64,000 nt of DNA. Origin: Candidatus Fervidifonticultor secundus. GTDB lineage: Bacteria; Sysuimicrobiota; Sysuimicrobiia; Sysuimicrobiales; Humicultoraceae. Positions 10,764-20,864 of the stretch are shown here, piece after piece (position 1 is the first letter of the stretch; each line of letters opens with the position of its first letter). The translations under genes and the position numbers were made by a program. A model generated the notes under the pieces. It saw nothing but the letters and a program-made list of their open reading frames with translations. It was not told where the DNA came from and made no database searches. The stretch covers positions 128,355-192,354 of the forward strand of contig JAVKIP010000002.1 of the NCBI GenBank assembly GCA_031459385.1, read 5' to 3'.

Positions 10764-10947
10764 CAGGCACGGCCGGGTCATCACGCCGGGCGTGCGCGTA
10801 CGGGTCGAGGGCCTCGAGGGCACGGTGAGCCGGCTCGAACCCCAGTATGGCGTGTTCACGATCGTCATCGAGGAGCGCACGGGCAAGAAGGAGCGCATGG
10901 TGCGCGCGGCGGACGCCGAGGTGGTGACTCCGGGCAGTGCCGGCTGA
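10750..10947 (+). CDS. Small hypothetical protein, SH3/KOW-like beta-rich
   Basis: GGAGGG RBS, overlaps the thiolase stop; D..G..I.PG.RV.V.G..GTV pattern. Confidence 0.6.
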   Translation: MPLTDRHGRVITPGVRVRVEGLEGTVSRLEPQYGVFTIVIEERTGKKERMVRAADAEVVTPGSAG

Positions 10948-10977
10948 GGCCGGTCTTGCGCGGTATCGGGGGCCAGG

Positions 10978-11427
10978 TTACTGCTGGCGTGCGTACCGGG
11001 CGAGGTGCCCTGAGACCAGCGCCCGGAGCTCCGCCGGGTCGGCCTCCCGGTCCAGCACACGGTCCCGTGGGACCACCAGCGGGACGCGCAGCGAGAATGC
11101 CCCTGTGAGGGTCACCACGACGCTCCGTGCGGTCTCGCTGACCTCGACGTGAGCCCCCGGGGTCGCCCGGGTGGCCTCGTCCTCGACCAGGCGTCGAAAC
11201 TCGTCCAGCCCCGCGTAGGAGTGGAGCACCTCCAGTGCGCGGTCCCGGGCCTCGTCCGGATCGCGCCCCCGGATGGGCGCGCGCAGGTACTGCTGGTCGG
11301 TGCGTCCCCGCCTGTGGCCTTCCCAGATGCGGATCTCGTACCGGCCGTCGCTCCTGGGTCCTTCGAGCTGTAGCACGAAGGCGCGCCCGAGCACGGTCAC
11401 GGACTCTTCCCATCGGCGATATCGCAC
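10978..11427 (-). CDS. Hypothetical protein
   Basis: Normal-composition ORF with GC-rich third positions; GTG 11427 after GGAAGG; the longer start would run through dif. Confidence 0.65.
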   Translation of the reverse strand: MRYRRWEESVTVLGRAFVLQLEGPRSDGRYEIRIWEGHRRGRTDQQYLRAPIRGRDPDEARDRALEVLHSYAGLDEFRRLVEDEATRATPGAHVEVSETARSVVVTLTGAFSLRVPLVVPRDRVLDREADPAELRALVSGHLARYARQQ

Positions 11428-11541
11428 CAGGCCTACCTTCCACGTGAACGGTGGAGGCCCCTGCGAGGGCGCGCGTCCGTGCCCAGGCGTAGAGCGAAAC
11501 GCCGGCGGCGCGCGCCACGGCCAGGCAGCGCGACCTGCATG

Positions 11542-11569
11542 ATTTAACATAACGAACATTATGCGAAGT
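11542..11569 (-). other. dif: dif site (XerCD chromosome dimer resolution site)
   Basis: Reverse complement ACTTCGCATAA-TGTTCG-TTATGTTAAAT: 11-6-11 layout, XerD arm identical to E. coli dif, intergenic, AT-rich, at the gene-strand switch. Confidence 0.9.
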
Positions 11570-11658
11570 AATTCTGTAGCGGCTTAATGGGATGCCTGCG
11601 ACTGCGGAACCCAGGCCCATGGCCGCCGGGCCCGGTACAGTACGGCCTGCCGTCCGCC

Positions 11659-11698
11659 CGAACACGTGTTTGCACTTTCCCGGGCCGGCTGCTATCAT
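11659..11698 (+). promoter_or_regulatory. lexA promoter with SOS (LexA) box
   Basis: CGAAC-ACGT-GTTTG (11659-11672) overlaps the -35 of TTGCAC-N17-TATCAT. Confidence 0.82.
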
Positions 11699-11732
11699 GA
11701 ACACCGGCACGACACCCGCCGGAGGCAACGTC

Positions 11733-12344
11733 ATGGCGGCACGACTTACACGGCGCCAGGCAGACATCCTGACATTCGTGAAACGCTACACGGAGACCCA
11801 CGGGTATCCGCCCTCGGTGCGCGAGATCGGGCAGGCCATGGGCCTCACGAGCAGCTCCACAGTGCACAGCCACCTCGCCGCGCTCGAGCGCAAGGGCTAC
11901 CTCCGTCGCGACCCCAGCAAGCCCCGCGCCCTGGAGATCCTCGAGGAGGGTGGCCGGCCGGCCCGAAAGGTCGTCGCGGTGCCCGTGGTGGGCCGTGTGG
12001 CCGCGGGGGCCCCGCTGCTCGCGGAAGAGAACATCGAGGACCATCTGCCGCTGCCGGCCGATCTCGTGGACGGCGATGAGACCTTCGCGCTCCGCGTGTC
12101 GGGCGACAGCATGATCGAGGCAGGCATTTTCGACGGTGACCTCGTCATCGTGCGCCGGCAGGCCACGGCCAACAACGGCGACATCGTCGTGGCGCGTCTC
12201 GGTGACGAAGCGACCGTGAAGTACTTCTACAGAGAGAAAGACCGCATCCGGCTCCAGCCGGCCAATGCAGCGATGGAGCCGACCTACGCCAGGGACCTGG
12301 TCATCGAGGGGAAAGCGATCGCCGTGCTGCGCCGCCTGCGGTGA
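11733..12344 (+). CDS. lexA: SOS repressor LexA
   Basis: [21 protein letters not shown] cleavage site, GDSMI (Ser) and ATVK (Lys). Confidence 0.97.
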   Translation: MAARLTRRQADILTFVKRYTETHGYPPSVREIGQAMGLTSSSTVHSHLAALERKGYLRRDPSKPRALEILEEGGRPARKVVAVPVVGRVAAGAPLLAEENIEDHLPLPADLVDGDETFALRVSGDSMIEAGIFDGDLVIVRRQATANNGDIVVARLGDEATVKYFYREKDRIRLQPANAAMEPTYARDLVIEGKAIAVLRRLR

Positions 12345-14103
12345 GCGCGCGGAGCTGTACCGCCACCGGGCCGGGGAGTTCCGCGACCACCACCACGCCC
12401 TGGTCATCGTAGTCTTCGGCCAGGACCCGTCCGTCCCGATAGACCTGGGCCAGGAGGCGTGCGTCGCGGTAGGGAATCCGTAGCCGCACGCGTAGCCAGG
12501 GCTCGGGAAGCCGGTGCGCCAGCGCCTGGAGCAGCTGGTCGAGCCCCTGCCGTCGCGCAGCCGAGATGATCACCGCGTCGGGCCGGGCCTCGGCCAGCGC
12601 CCGCACGGCTGCGGCGTCCAGGAGATCGGCTTTGTTGAACACCAGGAGCACGGGGTGATCCCCCGCGCCGATCTCCGCCAGCACCTCGTGCACCACGGCG
12701 GCCTGCGCCGGCCAGTCGGGGTGGCTGGCATCCACGACGTGTACCAGCAGGTCCGCCGCGGTGACCTCTTCCAGCGTGGCGCGGAAGGCGGCCACGAGCT
12801 GCGTCGGGAGCTGCTGGATGAATCCCACCGTGTCGGCCAGCACCACCTGGCGGCGGTTGGGCAATACCAGGCGGCGCACCATCGGGTCCAGCGTGGCGAA
12901 CAGCCGGTTCTCGACGAAGGCGCCGGCGCCCGTGAGCGCATTCAGCAGCGTGGACTTGCCGGCGTTCGTGTACCCCACGAGGGCCACCTGGGACACGCCG
13001 GCCTGGCGGCGGGGCGCACGCTGGCGCGCACGATGGCGGCGGATGAGCTCGATCTCGCGCTGGAGCTCGGTGATGCGCTGGCGGATGCGGCGGCGGTCCA
13101 GCTCGAGCTTCGTCTCGCCCGGTCCGCGCGTGCCGATGCCGCCGCCGAGCCGCGACAGCCAGACGCCGCGCCCGGCCAGGCGAGGCAGCATGTACTGCAG
13201 CTGCGCCAGCTCGACCTGCAGGCGCCCTTCGCGGGTGCGCGCCCGCTGCGCGAAGATGTCCAGGACCAGGGCCGTCCGGTCCAGGACCTTCATGTTGAGC
13301 TCGCGCTCCAACGTGCGCTGCTGGGCTGGGGTGAGTTCCTCGTTGACGATCACCAGGCTGGCCGCGTGCTGCTCGCCGGCGCGAACGACCGTGTCCACCT
13401 TTCCGCGGCCGATGAACGTGGCCGGATCCGGGGTGGACCGGCGCTGGATGACGGTGGCCACCGGGTGGGCCCCGGCGGTTTCCGCCAGGCGGGCGAGTTC
13501 GCGGAGCGCGCGCTCGGCGCCACCGTGCCGATCCAGGGCCACGAGCACCGCGCGCTCCTGCCGCGCGGCCCCCGTGGGCGTGGGGCCCTGTCGGCGCCGG
13601 GCCGCCGAGGCGGCCCGGATGCGCGGGGCCAGGTCCAGGTGGGCCAGGGCGTCGGGGCTGTACGGCCCTTCAGCAGCCCAGGCAGCACCGCCGTTGCCAG
13701 GCGCCGGCGCGAGGACCCAGAGTTCGGTCGGCACGCCCCGCGCGACGCCCCCGGTGACCACCAAGTCCAGGGTGAGGTCGTCCAGCACGCGCTGGTCGCC
13801 CTCATCCGGGCGACCGTCTGGATGGGGGTGGACCTCCACGTAACGCAGGCCCGTGCCATCTCGGCCGGCCCGGTGCATCGCCTCGTCGACCAGCGGCTGC
13901 CATCGCCGGCTGACCACCACATGTCCAATCACCCCGTGGCGGTCGACGAACACCCCTACCTCACGGCGCAGCGCGTGCGCCAGGTGGGCCAGGATCTGGA
14001 CGAGTTCAGGGTGCGCGAGGCGCTCCTGCGGCACGCGCCGGCGGGCCAGCGCCTCGAGCATCTGCCGGTGCGTGGGTTGGATGCGGCGCGGGAGGCCGAG
14101 CAC
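12301..14103 (-). CDS. hflX: Ribosome-splitting GTPase HflX (long form)
   Basis: [38 protein letters not shown]. Confidence 0.95.
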   Translation of the reverse strand: MLGLPRRIQPTHRQMLEALARRRVPQERLAHPELVQILAHLAHALRREVGVFVDRHGVIGHVVVSRRWQPLVDEAMHRAGRDGTGLRYVEVHPHPDGRPDEGDQRVLDDLTLDLVVTGGVARGVPTELWVLAPAPGNGGAAWAAEGPYSPDALAHLDLAPRIRAASAARRRQGPTPTGAARQERAVLVALDRHGGAERALRELARLAETAGAHPVATVIQRRSTPDPATFIGRGKVDTVVRAGEQHAASLVIVNEELTPAQQRTLERELNMKVLDRTALVLDIFAQRARTREGRLQVELAQLQYMLPRLAGRGVWLSRLGGGIGTRGPGETKLELDRRRIRQRITELQREIELIRRHRARQRAPRRQAGVSQVALVGYTNAGKSTLLNALTGAGAFVENRLFATLDPMVRRLVLPNRRQVVLADTVGFIQQLPTQLVAAFRATLEEVTAADLLVHVVDASHPDWPAQAAVVHEVLAEIGAGDHPVLLVFNKADLLDAAAVRALAEARPDAVIISAARRQGLDQLLQALAHRLPEPWLRVRLRIPYRDARLLAQVYRDGRVLAEDYDDQGVVVVAELPGPVAVQLRALTAGGAARRSLSPR

Positions 14104-14166
14104 CGTACCGCTCAGGGTCCCCCTCCTCCACCACGCGCGTTCAGGTGCCTGCCGGGCGGCAGAGGA

Positions 14167-15348
14167 TCACGCATACGCACGTTGGATCCGTCCCAGGGCC
14201 TCATCCAGTCGCGCATCGGGGGTGGTCAGCGATAGGCGCACGTACCCCTCGCCCGACGCACCGTACCCCGGCCCCGGAGTGATGACCACGCCCGTGCGCG
14301 CGAGCACCTCCGCGCAGAACGCCGCTGCCGACTGCCCCCCAGGCGTGGGCATCCAGATGTAGAGCGTGCCCTTGGGCGTCGGTGGCTGCCAGCCGACCTC
14401 GCGCAGCGCGGCGACCACGCGGTCGCGCCGGGCACGGTAGACAGAGAGCGTCTGCGCGACGCTGTCCTGCGGGCCGCGCAGAGCAGCGATGGCTGCCGCC
14501 TGCACGGCCGTGAACACGCCTGAATCGACGTTGGTCTTCACCGTTCCCAGCGCCTCGACGGCCTCGGGGCTGCCGACCGCGAAGCCCACGCGCCAGCCCG
14601 TCATGTTGTACGTCTTGGACAGCGAGTGGAGCTCGATGGCACACTCCATGGCGCCGTCGACCTGGAGGATGCTGGGCGCGATGTAGCCATCGAAGGTGAT
14701 TTCGGAGTACGCGTTGTCGTGGATCACCAGCAACCCCCACCGCCGCGCGAAGGCTACGGCCTCGGTAAAGAACTCCAGCGTCGCCACCGCCCCCGTGGGG
14801 TTGTTGGGGTAGTTCAGGAACAGCAGGCGGGCCCGGCGCAGGATCTCCACCGGGATCTCATCCAGCGCCGGGAGGAAACCGCGCTCGGACCGCAGCGGCA
14901 CGGCATACGGCTCGCCCTCGGCCATGATCGTGGCCGACCGGTAGACCGGATAGCCGGGATCCGGGATCAACGCTCCATCGCCGGGGTTCAGCAGCGCCCA
15001 TGGGAGGTGAGCCAGACCCTCCTTGGACCCGATCAGGGCCAGTACCTGCCGTTGCGGGTCCAACGTGACGCCGAAGCGGCCCGCGAACCACTCGGCGACA
15101 GCCTGGCGAAACTCCTTGGTGCCACGGTACGGCGGGTAGCGATGAGTACCGGGATCGCGCGCGGCGCGTTGCAGCGCCTCGACGATGTGTGGCGGGGTCG
15201 GCAGATCGGGGTCGCCCACGCCGAGATTGATCACGTCCACGCCCCGCGCCTGCAACTCGTCCTGCTTGCGGTCGAGGTCGGCAAACAGATACGCGCCGAT
15301 GCGCTGGAGCCGCTGCGACTGCACGCTCCTCACCTGTGGTGCTGCCAT
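14167..15348 (-). CDS. dapL: LL-diaminopimelate aminotransferase (class I/II PLP aminotransferase)
   Basis: YLFA, LGVGDPD, LIGSKEG, NYPNNPTG, SLSKTYNMTGWRVG, KTNVDSG; dapA/dapB/asd elsewhere in the window. Confidence 0.78.
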   Translation of the reverse strand: MAAPQVRSVQSQRLQRIGAYLFADLDRKQDELQARGVDVINLGVGDPDLPTPPHIVEALQRAARDPGTHRYPPYRGTKEFRQAVAEWFAGRFGVTLDPQRQVLALIGSKEGLAHLPWALLNPGDGALIPDPGYPVYRSATIMAEGEPYAVPLRSERGFLPALDEIPVEILRRARLLFLNYPNNPTGAVATLEFFTEAVAFARRWGLLVIHDNAYSEITFDGYIAPSILQVDGAMECAIELHSLSKTYNMTGWRVGFAVGSPEAVEALGTVKTNVDSGVFTAVQAAAIAALRGPQDSVAQTLSVYRARRDRVVAALREVGWQPPTPKGTLYIWMPTPGGQSAAAFCAEVLARTGVVITPGPGYGASGEGYVRLSLTTPDARLDEALGRIQRAYA

Positions 15349-16340
15349 TCTCGCCTCCCCGGAACTGCGTGCTCCGTCTCCATGATAGCATGGACGCGCG
15401 GCAGCAGGACGTGCGGCTCTACGCCGGTGGCGTCGACCCACCGGATGCGTGTATCCTTGCGAAACCAGGTGAGCTGGCGCTTTGCATATCGCCGCGTGTT
15501 GCGCTTGAGGAGGCGCACCGCGTCGGCGTAGTCGTAGTGCCCCTGAAGGTATCCGGCGAGCTCTTTGTAGCCCAGCCCCTGCATGGCCGGCGCGTCCAGC
15601 GGCACGCCGTGCGCCAGCAGCTGCCGGGTCTCCTCCAGCAGGCCGGCCGCCAGCTGCTCGTCCACGCGCGTCTCAATGCGCCGGTAGAGGTCTGCGCGCG
15701 CGCGCCAGATCCCGACGAGGACCACCGCGGCCGGCTCACCCCGGTGCTGCTGGGAGGAGATCGGCCGTCCGGTCGCCAGGCACACTTCCAGCGCGCGGAC
15801 GACCCGCCGGACGTTGTGCGGGTGGATGCGCGACGCCGCCACCGGGTCGAGCGCCTGCAGCTGCCCATGCAGCGCCTCGGGGCCCCGCGTTCGTGCTACC
15901 GCTTCCAGGCGTGCGCGCAGGACAGGGTCGGGCGCTACCGCGGGGATACGCAGGTCGTCGACGACGGCGCGGATGTAGAGGCCGGTGCCGCCCACGAGCA
16001 GGGGCTGCTTGCCACGCCGGCGGATGTCAGCGATGGCCGCGTGCGCCAGCCGCTGGAACTGCGCGACGGTGAACGTCTCCTGCGGATCTACCACGTCCAG
16101 CAGGTGGTGGGGGACCGCCGCGCGCGCTGCGGCCGACGGCTTGGCCGTTCCGATGTCCATGCCGCGATAGACGGTGCGCGAGTCGGCGCACACGATCTCG
16201 GCGTCGAGGTGCTGTGCAAGCGCCACGGCCAGGGCGGTCTTGCCGACCGCAGTGGGGCCGCACAGCACAGCTAGCGGTCGGGCAGGCACGCCGCGCTGTC
16301 CACCCCTCGGCCAGGCCGCGGTCAGGTTCGGAGGAACCAC
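15330..16340 (-). CDS. miaA: tRNA dimethylallyltransferase
   Basis: GPTAVGKT, DS..VYRGMDIGTAK, GGTGLY, TRRYAKRQLTWF; start position uncertain. Confidence 0.96.
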   Translation of the reverse strand: MVPPNLTAAWPRGGQRGVPARPLAVLCGPTAVGKTALAVALAQHLDAEIVCADSRTVYRGMDIGTAKPSAAARAAVPHHLLDVVDPQETFTVAQFQRLAHAAIADIRRRGKQPLLVGGTGLYIRAVVDDLRIPAVAPDPVLRARLEAVARTRGPEALHGQLQALDPVAASRIHPHNVRRVVRALEVCLATGRPISSQQHRGEPAAVVLVGIWRARADLYRRIETRVDEQLAAGLLEETRQLLAHGVPLDAPAMQGLGYKELAGYLQGHYDYADAVRLLKRNTRRYAKRQLTWFRKDTRIRWVDATGVEPHVLLPRVHAIMETEHAVPGRREWQHHR

Positions 16341-18040
16341 CGCTCAAGCTGCGCGCGCGGGACCGCCACGATCGTCGGCCGCCCGTGGAAGCACGTGTAC
16401 GGGTCTTCCGCCGCCGCGAGGTCGGCCAGCAGAGTCGCCATGGCCTCGTGCGTCAACCGGTCGCCCGCTCGGATGGCCACGTGGCACGCCGTGGCGATGG
16501 CCAGACGGTCGAGCGGATCCTCCCCTGCCCCCTCGCCGGCCAACGCGGCGATCGCCCGGCGCAGCAGGTCGTCACAGCGGCCGTCGGGCGCCACCGCGGG
16601 CACGGCGCGCAGGAGGGCCGTGCCGGTACCGAAAGGTTCCACATCGTACCCGAGCTGCGCCAGCTGATCCCGGTATCCCGCGATCAGACTCAGCTCTCCA
16701 GGCGTGACGTCCACGGGCAGGGGCATGGCCAGCACCTGGCTGGCCACGCCACCGCGGACGCGGGCAGCACGCAGCCGCTCGAACAACACGCGCTCGTGGG
16801 CGGCGTGCTGGTCTACCAGGTACAACCCGTCAGGTCCCTCGGCCACGATATAAGTGCCCAGGACCTGCCCGACCGGTCGTAGGGTCGGCAGACGCGGCTC
16901 CGCGAGGCGGGGGTAGGCGCCTGCGGCCTCGCGAGCGGCGAGCTCGAGCGCCGGCAGACCGGGGGGCAACTCCACCGGCGCCGGCTCCGGCAGGGGCCCC
17001 GCGGCGGATGCCGGAGCGGCGGGCACGACGCCAGGGGTGATCTGGCGGATCAGCGGCGAGGTCAGCAGCGCGCGGCGGACGGCGCCGGCTACGACGCCGA
17101 ACAGTCGCCCGTCGTCCCGAAACCGTACCTCCAGCTTGCGCGGGTGGACGTTGACGTCCACGAGCGCCGGGTCCACGTCGAGAAAGAGTACGAAGGCCGG
17201 GAAGCGTCCCACCGGGAGGAGCTGGGCGAACCCCTGTTCTACCGCCCGGCGCAGCGTTGCGTGGTGCACGGGGCGCCCGTTGACGAACACGTGCTGCGCG
17301 GTGCGGGATGGCCGATGGTACTGCGGGTGCTGCAGCCACCCACGGGCCAGCCCGCCGGGCAGTGCCGCCTGTACCTCGATCACCTCGGCGGCGTCGCGGG
17401 CTCCCAGCGCGCCGGCCGCCCGGTCGGCCAGCGACGTCCGTGGCCAGACCGCCGGCGTCCGCCCGTCGAAGGCGAGCCGGAAGGCAACGTGGGGCGCCGC
17501 CAGGGCCGCGTTGAGGACCGCCTCCGCGATCAGGGCCTGCTCGCGGGCAGGTGACTTGAGGAACTTCAGACGCGCAGGCGTCGTGTGGAACAGGTGGCGC
17601 ACTTCCACCGTGGTGCCCGGGGGCGCGCCGTGCGGCTCCACCGACTGCACGCTCCCACCCACGACGACCGCCCGGACGGCCACGGGTGCATCCGGGACCC
17701 GGGTCGTCAGCGTGACGTGGGCCACGGCGGCGATGCTGGGCAGGGCCTCGCCACGGAACCCGTAGGACCGCACGCTGTCGAGGTCCTCCAGTCGGGTGAT
17801 CTTGCTGGTCGCAAAGCGCTGGAACGCCAGCGCCACATCCTCGGCCGCGATCCCACCGCCGTCGTCGCTGACCCGAATCAGGCGCAGCCCCGCCCCCTCC
17901 ACATCGACGGTCACGGTGCGCGCGCCCGCGTCCAGGGCGTTCTCCACCAGCTCCTTGACCACAGACGCGGGCCGTTCCACCACCTCGCCGGCGGCGATGC
18001 GGACTGCAACCGACCGCTCCAGAATGCGAATACGGGTCAC
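16322..18040 (-). CDS. mutL: DNA mismatch repair endonuclease MutL
   Basis: IAAGEVVERPASVVKELVEN, GFRGEAL, DQHAAHER, C.HGRP. Confidence 0.97.
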   Translation of the reverse strand: MTRIRILERSVAVRIAAGEVVERPASVVKELVENALDAGARTVTVDVEGAGLRLIRVSDDGGGIAAEDVALAFQRFATSKITRLEDLDSVRSYGFRGEALPSIAAVAHVTLTTRVPDAPVAVRAVVVGGSVQSVEPHGAPPGTTVEVRHLFHTTPARLKFLKSPAREQALIAEAVLNAALAAPHVAFRLAFDGRTPAVWPRTSLADRAAGALGARDAAEVIEVQAALPGGLARGWLQHPQYHRPSRTAQHVFVNGRPVHHATLRRAVEQGFAQLLPVGRFPAFVLFLDVDPALVDVNVHPRKLEVRFRDDGRLFGVVAGAVRRALLTSPLIRQITPGVVPAAPASAAGPLPEPAPVELPPGLPALELAAREAAGAYPRLAEPRLPTLRPVGQVLGTYIVAEGPDGLYLVDQHAAHERVLFERLRAARVRGGVASQVLAMPLPVDVTPGELSLIAGYRDQLAQLGYDVEPFGTGTALLRAVPAVAPDGRCDDLLRRAIAALAGEGAGEDPLDRLAIATACHVAIRAGDRLTHEAMATLLADLAAAEDPYTCFHGRPTIVAVPRAQLERWFLRT

Positions 18041-18056
18041 CGGCCGCTCCCCGCCC

Positions 18057-20705
18057 TCACTGGAGCCGGCGCTCGCGGGCCGTCCGCGACGCCTCGCGCT
18101 GGCGTCGCACGCGCTCGCGCAACTCGGCCAGCGTCTGGAGCGCCTGCAGCGGTGTCATGCCCTCCACAGGCAGGGCCAGCAGCTCGTCCTCCAGCGGCGA
18201 GGGGAGTTCCAGGGCCAGGGGGAGCTGGCGGGCTCGCCGCGCGCGCGCGGGCAGGGGCGGCGCGTCAGGCTCGCGCGGCCGCGCCGCCGCGGCCTCCAGC
18301 TGCCGCAGAATCCGTCGCGCCTCGTCCAGGACCTCCTCGGGCATCCCAGCCAGCTGGGCCACATGGATGCCGTACGATCGGTCGGCGCGGCCGTCGGTGA
18401 CCTCGTGCAGGAAGACGATCCGGTCCCCCTCCTCCCGCACGCGCATCGCCACGTTGTGCACGCGCGGCAGCAGGTCGGCCAGTTCCGTGAGCTCGTGAAA
18501 GTGGGTGGCGAACAGGGTGCGGGCCCCGATGCGGTCGTGCAGGTAGCCCACGACCGCCCAGGCCAGGCTCATGCCATCGTAGGTGCTGGTCCCGCGGCCT
18601 ACCTCGTCCAGGATGATGAGGCTGTGCCGTGTGGCGCCCAGCAGGATCCGGGTGACTTCCTGCATCTCGACGAGGAACGTGCTGCGGCCCGCGGCCAGGT
18701 CGTCGATGGCGCCGACACGGGTGAAGATGCGGTCGGCGATCCCCACACGGGCCGACGCTGCGGGCACGCACGCGCCCATCTGTGCCATGATGGTGATGAG
18801 CGCCGCTTGCCGCAGCAGCGTGCTCTTGCCGGCCATGTTCGGGCCCGTGACGATGAGGATCGCCCGGTCCTCGACGCGCAGGACGAGGTCGTTGGGCACG
18901 AACCGCTCGCCCTCCAGCAGCCGCTCCACGACCGGGTGCCGGCCACCGCGGATCTCCAGCACGGGCTCCTCGACCACGTCGGGCCGCACGTACCCATAGC
19001 GCTCGGCGACCTCCGCCAGGCTCAGGAGAGCGTCGGCCTCGGCCAGGGCGGCCGCCGTGGCCAGGAGCGCCTCAGCTCGTGCCGCCACAGCGTCGCGCAG
19101 GGCCACGAACAACTCGTACTCGCGGTCCCTGGTGCGCTCCTCGGCGCCCAGGATCTGCGCTTCCCGGGCCCGCAACTCGAGGGTAACATACCGCTCGGCG
19201 CCGGTGAGGGTCTGCCTGCGCAGGTAGTCTGCGGGCACCAGGTGCCGGTTGGCGTTGGAGACCTCGATGTAGTACCCGAAGACCTTGTTGAAGCCGACCT
19301 TCAGCGACTTGATGCCCGTCCGCGCGCGCTCTGCGGCCTCCAGTCCGGCGATCCACGCTTTGCCCTCCGCGGCGCCGGCGCGCAGATGGTCCAGCTCGGC
19401 GTCGTACCCGGGGCGGATGAGGCCGCCGTCGCGGGCCGAGAGCGGCGGGTCGGCGACGAGCGCCCGGGCCAGCAGCGTCGCCAGCTCCGGTTGCGCGTCC
19501 ACGCGCCCGGCCAGGTCGGCGAACCGCTCGTCGGGGATCGCCGCGAGGCCGACACGCGCGGCCGGCAGGCGCTCCAGGCACGCGCGCAGCGCGGCCAGGT
19601 CCTTGGGCGTGGCGCTCCCGTGGCCAACACGGCCCACGAGGCGCGGCAGGTCCGGAAACGCCTTGAGGGTGTCGCGCACGCCCTGGCGCTGCGCCCGGTG
19701 CGCCCGCGCCGCCGCCACCGCACGCTGGCGCGCGCGAATCGCCGTGACATCCACCAGCGGGCGCAACAGCCAATCGCGGAGCAGACGGCTCCCCATGGCG
19801 GTGACCGTGTCGTCCAGCACCTCCAGGATCGTGCCGCCGCGGCCGGAGTCGCGGGCGTTGCGCACGAGTTCCAGGTTCCGTCGCGTCGTCTCGTCCAGCT
19901 GGAGGCAGGCGTCGATGCTGTAGACCCGCAGCCTCCGCAGATGTGCCAGCGCCGACAGCTGGGTCTCGTGCAGGTACGCGAGCAGCGCGCCCGCCGCGCC
20001 GACGGCCAGGGGCAGGCCCTCGGCGCCGAAGCCGTCCAGCGTGGCCACGCGGAACTGCTGCAACAAGGTCCGGCGCGCGGCCGAGGGCTCGAACCACCAC
20101 TCCTCCACCGTCGTGAGCCGGACGTGGCCGAGGGCTGCGGCCAGGGTCGGGGCGTTGGCCTGCGCCACCAGGACCTCGCGTGGCTCGAACCGCGCAATTT
20201 CCTCGGCGATGCGTGGCAGCGCGTCGCCGCCGTCCCCCTGGGTCGCCAGGAAGTCGCCGGTCGTGAGGTCCGCCGCAGCCAGGCCCCAGGCCTCGCCGGT
20301 CCGGTGCACCGCCACCAGGTACCGATGTTCGCGTCCTGGGAGCAGCGAGGCGTCCATTACCGTACCCGGCGTGACGACGCGCGTGACCTCGCGGCGGACG
20401 AGCCCCCGGGCCTTCTTCGGGTCCTCGACCTGATCGCAGATCGCGACCCGGTAGCCCCGCTCCACGAGCCGGGCCAGGTAACTGTTCACCGCGTGGTAGG
20501 GTACCCCGCACATGGGCACCCGGCGTCCCTTCCCGGCTTCGCGCGAGGTGAGCACGATCTCCAGTTCCCTGGCGGCGACCCGGGCATCTTCGAAGAACAG
20601 CTCGTAGAAGTCACCTAGCCGGAACATCAGCAGGGCATCGGGATACCGGGCCTTGAGCTCCTGGTACTGCCGCATCATGGGGGTGAGCGGTCCGTCGCGC
20701 GTCAC
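18057..20705 (-). CDS. mutS: DNA mismatch repair protein MutS
   Basis: TPMMRQY, GDFYELF, GPNMAGKST, DEVGRGTST, SYGIHVA. Confidence 0.98.
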   Translation of the reverse strand: MTRDGPLTPMMRQYQELKARYPDALLMFRLGDFYELFFEDARVAARELEIVLTSREAGKGRRVPMCGVPYHAVNSYLARLVERGYRVAICDQVEDPKKARGLVRREVTRVVTPGTVMDASLLPGREHRYLVAVHRTGEAWGLAAADLTTGDFLATQGDGGDALPRIAEEIARFEPREVLVAQANAPTLAAALGHVRLTTVEEWWFEPSAARRTLLQQFRVATLDGFGAEGLPLAVGAAGALLAYLHETQLSALAHLRRLRVYSIDACLQLDETTRRNLELVRNARDSGRGGTILEVLDDTVTAMGSRLLRDWLLRPLVDVTAIRARQRAVAAARAHRAQRQGVRDTLKAFPDLPRLVGRVGHGSATPKDLAALRACLERLPAARVGLAAIPDERFADLAGRVDAQPELATLLARALVADPPLSARDGGLIRPGYDAELDHLRAGAAEGKAWIAGLEAAERARTGIKSLKVGFNKVFGYYIEVSNANRHLVPADYLRRQTLTGAERYVTLELRAREAQILGAEERTRDREYELFVALRDAVAARAEALLATAAALAEADALLSLAEVAERYGYVRPDVVEEPVLEIRGGRHPVVERLLEGERFVPNDLVLRVEDRAILIVTGPNMAGKSTLLRQAALITIMAQMGACVPAASARVGIADRIFTRVGAIDDLAAGRSTFLVEMQEVTRILLGATRHSLIILDEVGRGTSTYDGMSLAWAVVGYLHDRIGARTLFATHFHELTELADLLPRVHNVAMRVREEGDRIVFLHEVTDGRADRSYGIHVAQLAGMPEEVLDEARRILRQLEAAAARPREPDAPPLPARARRARQLPLALELPSPLEDELLALPVEGMTPLQALQTLAELRERVRRQREASRTARERRLQ

Positions 20706-20864
20706 GGTCTCATGCTACCATGTCTCGCGCCGCCGGTCCCGGGCGACGACCGTCCCGCCGCGCGGCCGCCCGCTGGCGTGCCGGGCGCCAGCAGGCACCG
20801 GCGCGGGCCGGCGCGAATCCGTGGCTAGGAACGTCAGGCGACGATTCCGAAGGAGGACAGGAAC

